DNA of 64,000 nt from Paragordius varius (GCA_964247055.1 OZ176054.1:13144001-13208000), one strand, 5' to 3'; counted from the stretch's first letter, positions 1-12,158 are shown. Translations and numbers: made by a program. Notes: generated by a model not told the origin, from the letters alone.

Positions 1-3000
1 ATTCCCAAAACTGTGTTTTAAAAAACGGAGTAGGTAATATCGTGTCTGAGCATGATTTGAATCAAATCCCCCTGCCTTGTGAAAACGCTAACGAAAATAG
101 CAAAAACGAATTGAAAGATACTCATCAACAGTTTTCACCCATAAAAATTGTGATTAAAAAAGTAAAAGACCCTTTAATTTCTAATGCCAACAATAGCAAT
201 ACCTTACATAAAATTGTTGCAATCACATCGAATGATCTGCCTTCACAAAACAAAAATGTTAATAAAATTCCTAACAATTATGGACCCGAAATTAACAACA
301 TTGAAAATACTTCTAAACAATCATCCTTTAAAAACAAATTTATCAATTTGGTGAAGAGTAAAAATCATACCATACATAAAACAAAAACTAACGAATTCTC
401 ATTTGCTGATAAAAAATTGGCCTCTAATGAAAACATTTTTACCAATTTCAATGAATCCAGTAAGGAAAATAAAATACCGCCTAAAAATAAACTTGATTGC
501 ACGGATTCGAAATTAAATTTGTCTAGTTCGATCGCATATGTTAATAATACCCCAATGACAAATGGTTCAACGAATTTATTTCAATCTTTTAATGTTGTCT
601 CACCACACAAAAAACGTAAAAATGGACAGGAAACAGAATTAAATACTATAGAAACAACAAAACATGACAATATTAATTTGTCTCAAAATGAGTTCAATAA
701 TAGGAAATCCTTGGAAAAACTTAATAAAAAGAAAAAGAAACATAAAAAATTGAAAATGGTGGCAGAAAATAATGCAAGTAAGCTTGACAACACGCCTTCG
801 CCGATCGCCATCGCAAATACTGCCTCTAAGAGTATAAATATGCCAGAAAACTCATTGGGTTTAAATACAGGTTTAGTTTAATATATTTTATCCTGAAATT
901 TCAATTTTTGAAACTGTTATTAGTGTTTTTAAAAACGGCTCTCTTTATTATCTCGGGACTCTGATATACTTAAGAAATCCTGTGAAAGTTGTTTCTTAAC
1001 GTTTATTTTTACTTAAAAGTTAATAAATCAATATTGTAATTTTATTTAATTGACTAGCGTGAATCTCGTGCTGCTACGCAGCCCGAGGAAGTCCTTCGGA
1101 CTTCTGGGGAGGGGGGGAGGGGTTCGAAGTTTGGATTTGATTGGGTCTACCGGTTTTCCTGTACCAGATCACAAAGCCAGCATTTTCCATTTTTATAAAT
1201 ATATAGATGAGGATAAATAATGTATTAATATCCATATATCTTTTAACATGCTATGCATATGATAGATACTCCTTACTCAGCATCTATCATCAAAGAAACG
1301 CTTGACTAAAATTTTTGCCTTTTAACAGGCAATACGAAAAATCTTTCTCGAATTTTTACAGTCTCATACCGTGGACAAAAAAATACAATAAAAAAATATT
1401 TTTGTGGACTTTGTTTTTTTTGAAAAAAATGGCATTTTACGGGGGGAGCGGGTAAAAAGAGGGCCTAAATCAAAAAAGTGACTCGACCATGTTCAGCGCG
1501 ATCAAAAATAAGTAAACAAAATTCATATTTGAAATTGAATGGTCCAACACGTTCTCCAAAAAATTGACTTAACCCATTTTTCACACGGGGTGGGCCCGAA
1601 CTGGGGACCTAATTCCAAAAAAGGGCGAAGCTATTGTCGGGGCATTCATTAATGATTATATTTTTTCGATATTTGGATTTGATTGGGATCACCGGTTTTC
1701 CGGAAACAGTTCACAAAGTTATATGAAAAATCAGTTTTTAGCGGGTAGCTCCTTACCCAGTAGCTATCATCAAATAAACGGTGGACTAAAATTTTTGCCT
1801 TTTAACAGGGAATACGTGGAATCTTTATTGAATTTTTACGGTCTCATACCTAGGGCGAAAAATCGATTTAGAAAATTATTTTTGTGGACTTTGTTTTTTG
1901 AAAAAAATGGCATTTTACGGGGGGAGCGGGTAAAAAGAGGGCCTAAATCAAAAAAGTGACTCGACTATGTTCGGCGCAATCGAAAATAAGTAAACAAAAA
2001 CTATATTTGAAATTGAATGGTCCAACACGTTCTCCGGAAAATTGTCTCAAAAACACGATTTTGTGGACTTCTGTTTTCAAAAAAAACCCGTTTTTCATAC
2101 GGGGTGGGCCCGAACTGGGGGCCTATTTCAAAAAAAGGGCGAAGCTATTGTCGGGACATTTATTAATGATTATATTTTTTCGATATTTGGATTTGATTGG
2201 GTCTACCGGTTTTCCTGTACCAGATCACAAAGCCAGCATTTTCCATTTTTATAAATATATAGATTATATATGTTAAGCCATTTTTTACGTCTTTTGTGAA
2301 AAAAAGTTTTTTTACACTTTTTGAGGAATTATACTATTGTTTTCATAAAATTAATTGTTTGATCTACCAAATAACTTTTTTTCACTAAATTTTTTTTTTC
2401 AAAAAGGATTATATCTTATGTTGTGAATCATTTATGCCTAGATATCTATTGTAATATAAATTTTATTATATTAGATGAAAATGATAAAAGTAAATCACAG
2501 TTTGCCAATTATACCGATAAAACCAATAATTTAAAGCCGACTCCAGACTTTGACAACAATCCTAAAGAAAAAAGGAGTTTTACACAAAATTCATCAAAAA
2601 CTTCTAACATACCCAATAAAACATCCGCTCCTACCTCATTCAAGGAAGAAATGACCAAAATTTTACAAAGCCAAGGTAAGCTAAAAATCAGATAAATTTG
2701 TCAATTAATATAAGATTTTTAGTTTTTTCTATAGATTTTCATATATATGTAACGGAGGAGTCTCAAATGCATGTATTATGACCGTTTCTATGACTGTTTT
2801 TTACCAAAAAAAATAAAAAATACATAAGTTTAACGTGATATAAAATAAATTATGTATACAAAAAATCCAAATATACTCATTAAACTCCACATTATCTTAT
2901 ATCTAGACAAGATTTTTTAACTAAGGTTGTTAATGGAAACCATCAAAAATAAAAATAAAAAAAGCTTTTAAGTATCAATTAAATATCATTATAATTATCA

Positions 3001-3467
3001 AATTTTTGTGTTGTGTTAATCAATGTATTTGAACAAAACTCATTCGTTAATTTTGTTACGGTGCAAAAACTACTCTACTCATATAAAGTTTTAGGGAAGT
3101 TGTTTTCTAACAGTATTCTATTTTTTTATATTTTACTTATTTAGCCCTTTCATGGGAGTCATCGACAGAAACCCCTTCTGCTACAATTAAACAAGATTTA
3201 GTTTCAAATGCTATTACTACAACATCAACTGCATCATCAAATAATTTTAAGCAATCCTCAGAGAACCCAAAAAATAGCTTTTTTAACTCTAAAAAAGGCT
3301 GTAATGATCCATATATTCGAAAGCAAAATAGTTTCTCTGGACCTTTTCCAATGTTAACTTATCAAAGAAACAAGGATGACAAAAAGCGACATAAAAATAG
3401 TCAACAAAATTATGCGTCAAACTCTACTGTCGTTGTTAATCCTTTTGTAAAATATGTGACAAAATAA
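1..3467 (+). CDS. 3' part of an unidentified N/K/S-rich low-complexity protein; exons <1-870, 2475-2675, 3145-3467
   Basis: The frame of ORF 42-881 is open back to the window start. Donor GT at 871 (phase 1), acceptor AG 2473-74 giving D-ENDKSKSQF, donor GTAAG at 2676 (phase 1), acceptor AG 3143-44 giving ALSWESSTETPS...NPFVKYVTK, TAA at 3465-67. Contains a basic cluster KKKKKHKKLK. No domain recognised. Confidence 0.7.
1054..2263 (-). mobile_element. Non-autonomous Helitron-like element(s) with internal ~480-bp tandem duplication, in intron 1 of the first gene
   Basis: On the minus strand: 5' ends A|TCTATATATTTATAAAAATGG at 2263 and 1207; a 3' end with a hairpin (+ strand ctcgtgctgc-tac-gcagcccgag, 1065-1087) followed 7 nt later by CTAG|T at 1057-1054. 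Blocks 1305-1715 and 1785-2230 are near duplicates. Confidence 0.65.
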
Positions 3468-4050
3468 GCATAATAATATTACATTTAATATGGGATGAAA
3501 AGTTTACCGTTTTTGCATTTATATAGGTTATGTTGCGGAACAAAAAAAACTTTTATTATAATGTAATATCTTCGTTTATTTGGCGTGCTATAAAATTTAT
3601 TTTGTTTTGTTCATGTGCCATGTTCTTTTGGAAACCTTTTGATAATTTTACAAAATCATTGAAATATGTGCTGATTATACCCAATAATATTAATCATATC
3701 TATATTGTGTATGTATGAATATTATTCTATATGTTGTATATAAATTAACCACCATTTATCTCTTTACTCTATTGTTTAATGCATTTTTTATTGAGATTAT
3801 ACGGTAATTTAGCCTACTTTTTGGATGCAAATTAAGAAGCATGTGTTGGTAGTAAATTAATCTAATGAGCTTATATATTTTCGGATAAAACATTTGATAT
3901 CTAAAATTAACCTTATCATTATAAAGAGAAAACGGATTATCTCATCATGGTTTATTTAAAAAAATATTAAATTATATGATTTAAAGGCATAACAAAGATA
4001 TGGCCTCCGAAAGTCCCACTTTTTTGGTTTTTTTAATGAGCTAGTTATAT

Positions 4051-4449
4051 TATACCATTTACAGTTCAAATTCACCCTTGAACAATTCAAATTCACCTTC
4101 GAACAATTCAAATTCACCCTTGAACAATTCAAATTCACCCTCAAACAATTCAAATTCACCCTAAAAATAAATTATGTGTTTTCGAACTAATATAACTCAT
4201 ATTAATTTAAAATATATCTTTATGGCATAATTAATTATTTTTTTCAGTATTATTTTAATTTAAAACAAAATTTTATTTTTTAAAAATATATTAAAATATA
4301 GCAAATTTTTAATCTTAAAAAACATGTTATTTATTTGAGGGTGAATTTGAATTGTTTGAGGGTGAATTTGAATTGTTCAAGGGTGAATTTGAATTGTTTA
4401 AGGGTGAATTTGAATTGTGTAAGGGTGAATTTGAACTGTAAATGGTATA
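4051..4449. mobile_element. Foldback-like MITE, copy A; arms built from 21-bp caattcaaattcacccttgaa repeats
   Basis: Termini tataccatttacagttcaaattcaccc ... gggtgaatttgaactgtaaatggtata; about 5 repeats in each arm, in inverted orientation, around an AT-rich core. Confidence 0.8.
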
Positions 4450-4459
4450 AAAGAAACGC

Positions 4460-5290
4460 AAAAATTCCGATATTTTGAAATTTTCTCTATGCTAGATTAT
4501 GGCATCCAAAAAACTTTTTTCTGAAAATATGCACACCTTGTTCAAAATTTAATATTTACAAAACTGTTGACGGAAACTGAAAATAACATTTTGAGATTTT
4601 ATAAAAACACTTTTCCATATAATTTGATGATGTTATTTCCATCACCTCAGAATTTTGATTAAAATAGTTTGTCCTTAAATATATTTTTCTATAATATTCA
4701 CCCAAATTTAAAAGTACTCGAACGTTTATTTCATTCTGAGGTAATAGATTAACATCAATAAGTATATAAAAGTAGCGTTTAAATAAAATATTAAAGTGTT
4801 TTACATCGTTTCCGTCATGCTTCAAAACACCATAAAACTCGCTTCACCCAAATTTGCATAATAATCAAATCCTTTTTTTCAGAAAATTTTTTTGATGTCA
4901 AAATTACCATATATTGCGACACTAATCTCGGCCCTTTCGCCTTTATTCAGAGATAACTTGCTCATTTTTGACGGGTTCAAAATATAATTTCGGAGCCCAA
5001 ATAAACTACTATATAATATTTTTTATATGGTTTATGGTGTATTTTTGTAATATTGGAATGAAGAATTTAACTTTGATCAAAAAAATGTACGCTTTTGCCA
5101 TTCTCTTATATGGAGCAGTTACCATAAAAGTGTGAATAACTTTGTTAAATCTCCTCTCGTAAAGACCAAAATCACCATGATAATCCTGATTCATTTTCCT
5201 ATCAGAATATATATGATTTTTTGTGGACACTGTATAATTATTTGGATACGTATAATAGAAAAAATGGTAACAAAGGTACGTTATCATTTA
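4460..5290 (+). repeat. Older repeat sharing internal modules with the non-autonomous hAT family
   Basis: Blocks such as caccatgataatcctgattcattttcctatcagaatat (~5175) and tcttatatggagcagttaccataaaagtgtgaataac (~5105) recur at ~7900 and ~52670-52760. Confidence 0.5.
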
Positions 5291-5658
5291 ACGCAATAAA
5301 CACTAAATTTGATTAATGTCGAATTTTAGAAAATAGTCGCGACGATAGTTCGAATCATGACAAAAATTTATTTTTTTGCCTCTCTTATATGTGCAATTAT
5401 AAATTCTGCATAAATTAGCATAATGGTGTTGTTTACCAAAATTTAAGATACATTTTTCCTGAATGAGTAGGTCATTAACCAAAAATCTAAAACACTTCTA
5501 TAATCTATACATAAAATTAGGATGTTTTTTAACAATAAGCAAAATTTTTTGTGGGTTTTTACGATTCATGCACATCAAAATATTAAATCATAATTAATAA
5601 GAAAAAACTTATACTGAAAAATTATCATTTTTTCGAATATTTTAAGTGCAAGGTGTGT

Positions 5659-5782
5659 TTGTTTACATTAATTTGACTGAACTACAATTGACGTCAAAGT
5701 GTGAAACAATAATATTTGTCTGAAATCTTGAAAAACAATAACATATTTCTGTCACCATCCATACATCCAAAATCCTATATAA
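5659..5782 (+). promoter_or_regulatory. Candidate promoter: forkhead site TTGTTTAC (5659-66), palindromic CRE TGACGTCA (5689-96), TATA box TATATAA (5776-82)
   Basis: The motifs are read directly and lie in the expected order about 90-210 bp upstream of the ATG at 5872. Function is inferred. Confidence 0.45.
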
Positions 5783-5871
5783 GCTCACTCACTAAAAGGG
5801 TTTAAAATTTATTACATTTGTTTTGCTTGTTTTAATTTTTTTTCAAAAAATCATTCCTTAATTCTGAAACC

Positions 5872-5991
5872 ATGAATGTAAAATTCTTTTTTTGGTGCTT
5901 GGTTTTGCTTACAATTTTAGCGTTGGGCAAGAGTAAGATTTTACTGTTACCACAGACAGAAGATGAAAGTACCACTACGCCTGCTTCTTAA
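5872..5991 (+). CDS. Candidate small secreted peptide, 39 aa: MNVKFFFWCLVLLTILALGKSKILLLPQTEDESTTTPAS
   Basis: ATG 5872 to TAA 5989-91. Signal-peptide-like n-region, h-region and A-L-G cleavage pattern; TATA and CRE upstream; AATAAA near 6147. Below the ORF-track length cut-off. Confidence 0.5.
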   Translation: MNVKFFFWCLVLLTILALGKSKILLLPQTEDESTTTPAS

Positions 5992-6643
5992 AGGGTCAAA
6001 ACACTTTAGTTTCCATCATTGCTTTTATACATTTTATAATCAAAAGTTTTTATAATGCATTTCTTTTGATTAACTTTAAAAGGATTATAATTTTTATAAT
6101 CAAAATAATTTTGTGATGCATTTTAGTTTTGATTTACTGTAACAGGAATAAATTTTTTTACTATATTTTATATACGAGTTTGCACATTTTTTCTAACAAA
6201 AATTATATCGTACTTCCCTTTAAAGGTTAAAACATTGATGCAAATACTTCAGAACTCTGAAATTGACAGAAATTATTATATATCATACTGTTAAGTGAAT
6301 ACATCATTGACGCTGTTTTTATGTGGATTTTACTCCCTGTACTCAAATTTTAATGATAATTTCTATATGGTATTTTGTTTTGATTTTGGCATCTTTAGAA
6401 TATGTATTATCTGAGTATGTTATTTTCAGTTTGCTAAATTAAATATTAGGATTTATTAATCTTATATCATGAGGTAAATAAATGTTGATCTAAATCTATG
6501 TTTTATGTGTATTATAAAATATTTTTTATACCACTTTTCTTTCTGTATATTTGGAGATTTTTTATCCATATATTTTTTAAGCAAGTTATATTTATTTTCC
6601 AAAGACGGTCTTCCAAACATACATAAAAATATACAGTTTAGAG

Positions 6644-9600
6644 CAGTGATACTCAAACCGCGGCCCGCGGGCCGCATGCGGCCCTAGGAGGGCTTTAAAA
6701 TTGCCCTATGACCATAATGTAAAGTGACCAGATAGGCTGTTTTTCGCAGTACAGTACTGGATTTTCAGAAAAAAACTGCAACTGTACTGCGCTCACTTTT
6801 GTACTGCTTTTAAAAATTTAAAAAAAAATAATTACTTATGATACCTTTTTTCAAAAAAAATTTATAATTAGTACCCTCCGTAAAAATAAACCCATAATTT
6901 GTAAACATATTGTTCATTTTGCGGTAAAAACTAAGATTGGCCTATTTTTAATTGGTTAATATTTTGTTTTTTGCTCAATTTATAAATAAAATTGGATTTT
7001 AAATCGGCCAAACCTTATAATTGCAGCCTTTCGTACATTGGCGAAACGGACTCCACCGTAAGATTCAGGCTAATGGCTCTTTCACTCAGAGGCTTCCGCA
7101 AATAAAGTTGTCTCAAAATTTAAAATTATCAAAATTAATTTATGATATTTTAATAAATGTTTGATCAAGTTAGAGCCATTTTTTGATAAATTATCAAACG
7201 GAAAATTATATAGAAAATTGTTATCTCCGTAAGTATTAATTAAAATTTATTATTATGGTATATAATTTCAAAATAACATTTTTTTCGTAATTAAGAGAGT
7301 TACGTTTTCTATTCTCATTAGATGTAAGGTATGGTACATAATTTTTTCCTAAACTTTATATTTATTAGTTTTCTTAATTTTTGCAACAAATTTGAGATAT
7401 TTTGTTGAATACTTCTAACAATTTGAAGCATGATGGACATGATTCACTTTAAGATATAATAAAACCCTTTTTCTAAATAATTCGATGTTGAACATAGAGT
7501 TTTAATTTAAAAGTTTTTTTGTTTGCAATGGTGAATTTTCGTAAAAAAATGCCATTTTTATTTAAGCTAAATTTGAAAACGAACGAATATTTTAATTAAA
7601 ATTTTGATTGAGAAATTAGCATTATCGAATTACATAAAAATGTTAGAACAACCGTTTATATCGTTTCCATCATGCTGAAATTAGTATGAAATATGGTTCA
7701 ACAAAATTTGCTAAAAATCAAATTTTTGAAAGTATGCATTTTTTAAAAAATATATTTAGTTGATATCAAAATTTAGCATATAATTAAAACTATTGCATAA
7801 TCTCGGAATTTTTGCGATTATTTTAAGAGAGCAGTAGTTTTAAGAGAGCCAAAAAAATTGGGACTTTCAGACACATTTAAAAACTAAAACCAAAAGCACC
7901 ATGATAATCACGATATTTTCCTATCAGAGTATATATATTTCATCTGAAAATTTTTTTGTTGAAACTATGTTATACCACACCTATGGTGTAGAAACAGGCA
8001 AAGTGTGTTTTAATTTTGTACTGCGTTTAAGTTTAAAATATCTGGTCACATTACCATAATGATACTTAAATTATTTTTTTATTGATGAATTTTTATCTTT
8101 AGATCTATTTCGTAATTTCTATTTTTTAACCAATTTGGTAGAAAAATTTCCCTACATAAAGTGATTTCAAATTTTGGCAGACCTTGTTGTTTCTGTATTC
8201 TATTTTTTTCTATTTTGAAATTTTTATTGGATTCCTTTATTTAAGCAAGCTTTTCACCCAAACTTGCATATACATATTCTTTTCATTGCTATCCTGCATC
8301 ATTTTTTATAACTCCCATAAAATATTTTTTAAATCAACATCATTAAATTTTTACCTATTTTTTATAGCATGATTCAAATTATATTCCATGACATCTATTG
8401 TTAAAAAACGTAAATTATCCGATAAAAATCGCTCTTTAAAAAGGAATGGGAAGAAAAATTCTTTGTTTCTCCCAGGAAAAGCTGTAACAGCTTCATATGA
8501 AATTTGTTATATTTTAGGAAAAAATATGAAGCCGTTTAATGATTCCCAATCAATAAAATAAAATGGTAGCACTTTTTTCGATAATAATGGTATATCTATG
8601 AACAAAATTGGTTTCGATCTGCACAGATGGCTGTCCCTCTATGAAACGAAGGATTTATCCCTCTTTTGAAAAACAAATATAATTTGAAAAATATTTACCC
8701 AACAGCAAAACTTGGTTTCGCGTGTAAAAGATGAATCACATAATTCAGTAATTAAAACGGTTGTGGATATAGTTAACCACATCCGAGAGAATTTAACAGC
8801 CGTAAATTCTAAACCTTCTGAATATTAGTTAAGTGAGTTTGATGATATTCTTTTATACACCGCTGTGAGATGGCTAAGCCTTAGCAAGTATTAAATAATG
8901 TTTTAAGACCTGAGATTGTATTATTTATAAAAGATAACAGAAAGTTTGACGAGGAAATTAATAGTGACCAATGGTAAGTTTTATTGCCTACCTTAGCGAT
9001 ATTTATTTATAGACTTAGTCTTAATACAAGTTTTTAAGGGAGCAAAATTATAACCCAATTTGGTAATCAAATTGCTTTGAAGAAAAATTAATAAGATATA
9101 AACAAGAATTTATAAATAAAACACTCCTATATTTTCCAACATCTAAAATAGACAATCATTTAGCATTTATATCTAATGAAATGAAATTCAGATTTGAAGA
9201 ACTAAGTAATATTAAAAATTGCTAAAATTTCGTGGAAAATCCATGGTATGGATATATCCAATATTAAGCAACTTGAGTATCCGGTTTTGATCAGGCGCAT
9301 ATCATTGAAGAATTCGTATTTAAAAATGATTCCGATTCGGATATATATAAGGAGAATCGAAGAGAAGAAAGATATGTATGGTTTTGGCAAGATGTGCCAA
9401 ATAAATATGAAAATATAAAATGTGCTAAGTTATCCTAACTGTTTTTTCTCAAGTTATCCGTGAGCCTATTCAAAAATGAGGTATCTCAAGAATAGATACA
9501 GAAATCGCTTAACCGATAATCATATGGATGACGTATTAAGATTGGCCTGTCATGAGGCGAAACCAAATTTGTCAAAAATTATTGGTTAATATCAAAATAA

Positions 9601-9814
9601 ATGTTGTTACCAAAATATTTAATTTTTTAAACTAAATGGTGCAAAACGAGTTTTTAGTTGGATTTACATGTGATCCGCAAAAAATTAATTGTGCTGATGT
9701 AGAGTATAAATATGTGCATATGGCAAATAGCTGTGGAATATTTGCCATTGGTTCATGGCCCTCGAAAAAATAATATATATTTGGCCCGTCCAATTTTTTT
9801 GGTGAGTACCACTG
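6644..9814 (+). mobile_element. Decayed hAT (Buster/SPIN-like) DNA transposon with transposase remnants
   Basis: TIRs cagtgatactca / tgagtaccactg and a perfect 8-bp TSD GTTTAGAG (6636-43, 9815-22). Broken peptides at 8490-9590: ASYEICYILGKNMKPF, VIKTVVDIVNHIR, ILLYTAVRWLSLSK, AYLSDIF, DNHMDDVLRLA. Confidence 0.88.
6720..8053 (+). mobile_element. Non-autonomous hAT element nested in the Buster-like element
   Basis: TIRs taaagtgaccaga / tctggtcacatta; TSD CCATAATG (6712-19, 8054-61); second copy at 51640-52877. Confidence 0.88.
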
Positions 9815-9919
9815 GTTTAGAGTCTTTTTTCCTTTTTTTATCAAAGGGTAAAAACCTCTAAATTGTATCCGGACATGTGAAAGCTTTTACACTCGCCTGC
9901 CCAGGGCTGACAGTGATGA

Positions 9920-9995
9920 TGGAAAAAATGCTTAGTTTCGGGGTTCGAACTCAGGCACGCAGAGTTAGTGTCCGGCGCCCTACCTACTATACCCG
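9920..9995 (-). mobile_element. tRNA-derived SINE head or tRNA pseudogene
   Basis: The minus strand reads GGGTATAGTAGGTAGGGCG (A-box-like) ... GAGTTCGAACCC (B box) ... TTTTTT. The T-stem does not pair, so this is not a functional tRNA. Confidence 0.5.
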
Positions 9996-11798
9996 TAAGT
10001 TCATTATTTTTTGAGAATACTTTAGTATGGGCGCATTTCTTTTTTTGGTTTGTTTAAACAGAGCACTCATTCTGCTTTACATAACGTATTGTTGATCATA
10101 TTGCATAATTGCAGGTAGGTAAAATATATAATTGCTTCAAAAGGGATATTACATTTAATTATTATCTAATTAGAATTGCCAAATATTTTAATAAAACCCC
10201 CAAGATCAGACCAATGGGGGTCACATATAGCCCTCCGAGTATTTACCTTAAGCTCCCGAAAAATTTGGATAATCATAATTTACAAGAGTTAGATAAAATC
10301 TTGGTAATCTAATATTCCCCATATTGTGTTTCCATACAGTCTTATTAGAATCTAACAAAATAGTTTTGAGTGGCAATATCTTAAATGCGGCCCGCGAAGC
10401 CATTTGTGTTGGATACCCCTTATTTACACAGTTAATCATAAATTTCATTCTTGTAGCTATTAACTATTGTCATAAAATTTTATTGAAAATATACATATTC
10501 TCATAACTGGTATTGAGTGATTGTAATAGTAAGTATTTCAAATACAGCTATTGTTCGGCAAAATAATAATCAGCATTCATTATAATTAGATCTGATCCAG
10601 ATTTTCTAAACCGATCAATGGGTTGTCTTTATATAGTGTCTGGACTATAGAAACCATTCGCATCTTTGGTCCTTTGACCAATTAAGTAAGTTAGTTAATA
10701 CATTTGTAGCGATGACATATTGGGGCAGCTTTATATCCCAAAACTTTATCTTGTAGGATAAACTATTGTTTTAAAAGCTAATATAGTTAAAATTTAATTT
10801 TAAATATTGTTCTTATATTAAAAAGGTAAAATTTTATAGTTTTGTGACCTCTAAAGGCTGAAACAGATCTTAACACGATTGAAAACGAACAGCTGATATT
10901 AAATTCAAAATATATCAAGTTTTGATTGGTGAAACGTAGCCTTAAAGCTATCTGAAATAGTTAAAATTTTCTAACCATAATATACATTTATTTGCCTGTT
11001 GATGGCGGCGAAAAAGTCTGAGATAAGGATGTTTTACAATTTTTTTTTCAAAAAATAATTTGTATCCGCCTAAAATGCTAAGCTATTTTTAAATTCGGCC
11101 TAATACCTTTAATATTTTTTAAGAAATCGCTAGCCCAAAAGGTTATGAAGTGCTAAGAAGATGACATTATTTGTAAATAATTAAAAACATTTGGTTAAAA
11201 ATGTATTCGAAATATATCAATAGATTATGTTTATAGGTAAATGTTTAAGATTCGCCTGAAAAGATTATGTTTAAGGAATATATGCAAATGGTATATACAC
11301 GTTACGTTTCTTGTACATTTTATAGCTAACGGGCCAAATGCTCTCCTAAAAGTACTTTTATGGTGCTGAATTTTCAATTTAATTATTTCTGTCACTTATC
11401 TGAAGCACTAATATCTGTGTGTCAATGCAATCGTCCGTATTATATGGGGTCAAGACAAGAAAAATATTTCTAAAAATGATTTGATGAGTGTTTCAATGAC
11501 AAGCCATTTTTATGGTACCCTGATAAATACTATTTTATAAAAAATACTTTGCTATTTTTACCGATATTAATTAATAATTAATTTATCGCATAAAGTTTAT
11601 TTAAATATTAGTAAGGCGACAAGATTTATTTTTATATCCATCTTTTTGAGTGAGAATCCTAATGATGTTTTACTCACAATAAACGTCGAATAAATTTTCG
11701 GTTATAAATATAAAATCATGAGACATAACAAAATTCGAACCATGCAATAATTTAAAAACGTTTATATTATAATATTTATTAAATAAGATTAATATATA

Positions 11799-12158
11799 TC
11801 ATCTTTTCTTAAATCCATATTTTTTTCTTTCGTAAAACAAATCCGTTTTGGCGCTTCCCAGATTAACTATTTTCGGACAACCGTCTCTCTAAAAATTAAA
11901 ATCATGCAAATATACGTCTTTTTCTTGCATTGTACATTCTTTACAGTAATAGGCATCTGATATTCCTGGACCACCACATATAACACACCTTCCCTGGTAA
12001 GAACCGTAATTACATTCATCACAAATTCGAACTAAAGTACAAGGTCTGACATATGAATCACAAATTACACATTTTCCATCACATTTTTCACACAATCTCC
12101 CAATAGCTACTCCTGGTTGTTTTCTGCAAAAGATAAGATCGGGGTGGTGCCGAGCCAT
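11799..12158 (-). CDS. PHF5A: PHD finger-like domain-containing protein 5A (SF3b subunit, Rds3), 110 aa; exons 12158-11916 and 11888-11799
   Basis: [16 protein letters not shown]...KECTMQEKD, then a 27-nt GT-AG intron (11915-11889), then [32 protein letters not shown]. Length and sequence match the known 110-aa protein. Confidence 0.98.

Noticed and set aside
1723-2276. ORFs 1723, 1956 and 2042
   Set aside because: They lie inside the Helitron-like tandem repeat within an intron and have no protein-like features.
3956-4159. Periodic ORFs (VNLNCSR / FKGEFEL) here and at 26326, 26797, 38060 and 38358
   Set aside because: They are translations of the 21-bp arm repeat; 7-aa periodicity follows from the unit length.
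5933-5955. Possible 23-nt intron GTAAGA...CACAG in the small ORF
   Set aside because: Splicing it gives signal peptide plus NRR-stop, with no mature product; there is no homology support, unlike the PHF5A case.
10040-10760. Short ORFs 10109, 10248 and 10324 and broken coding-like text
   Set aside because: They overlap a hAT MITE terminus (10385-10420); no motif I can assign.
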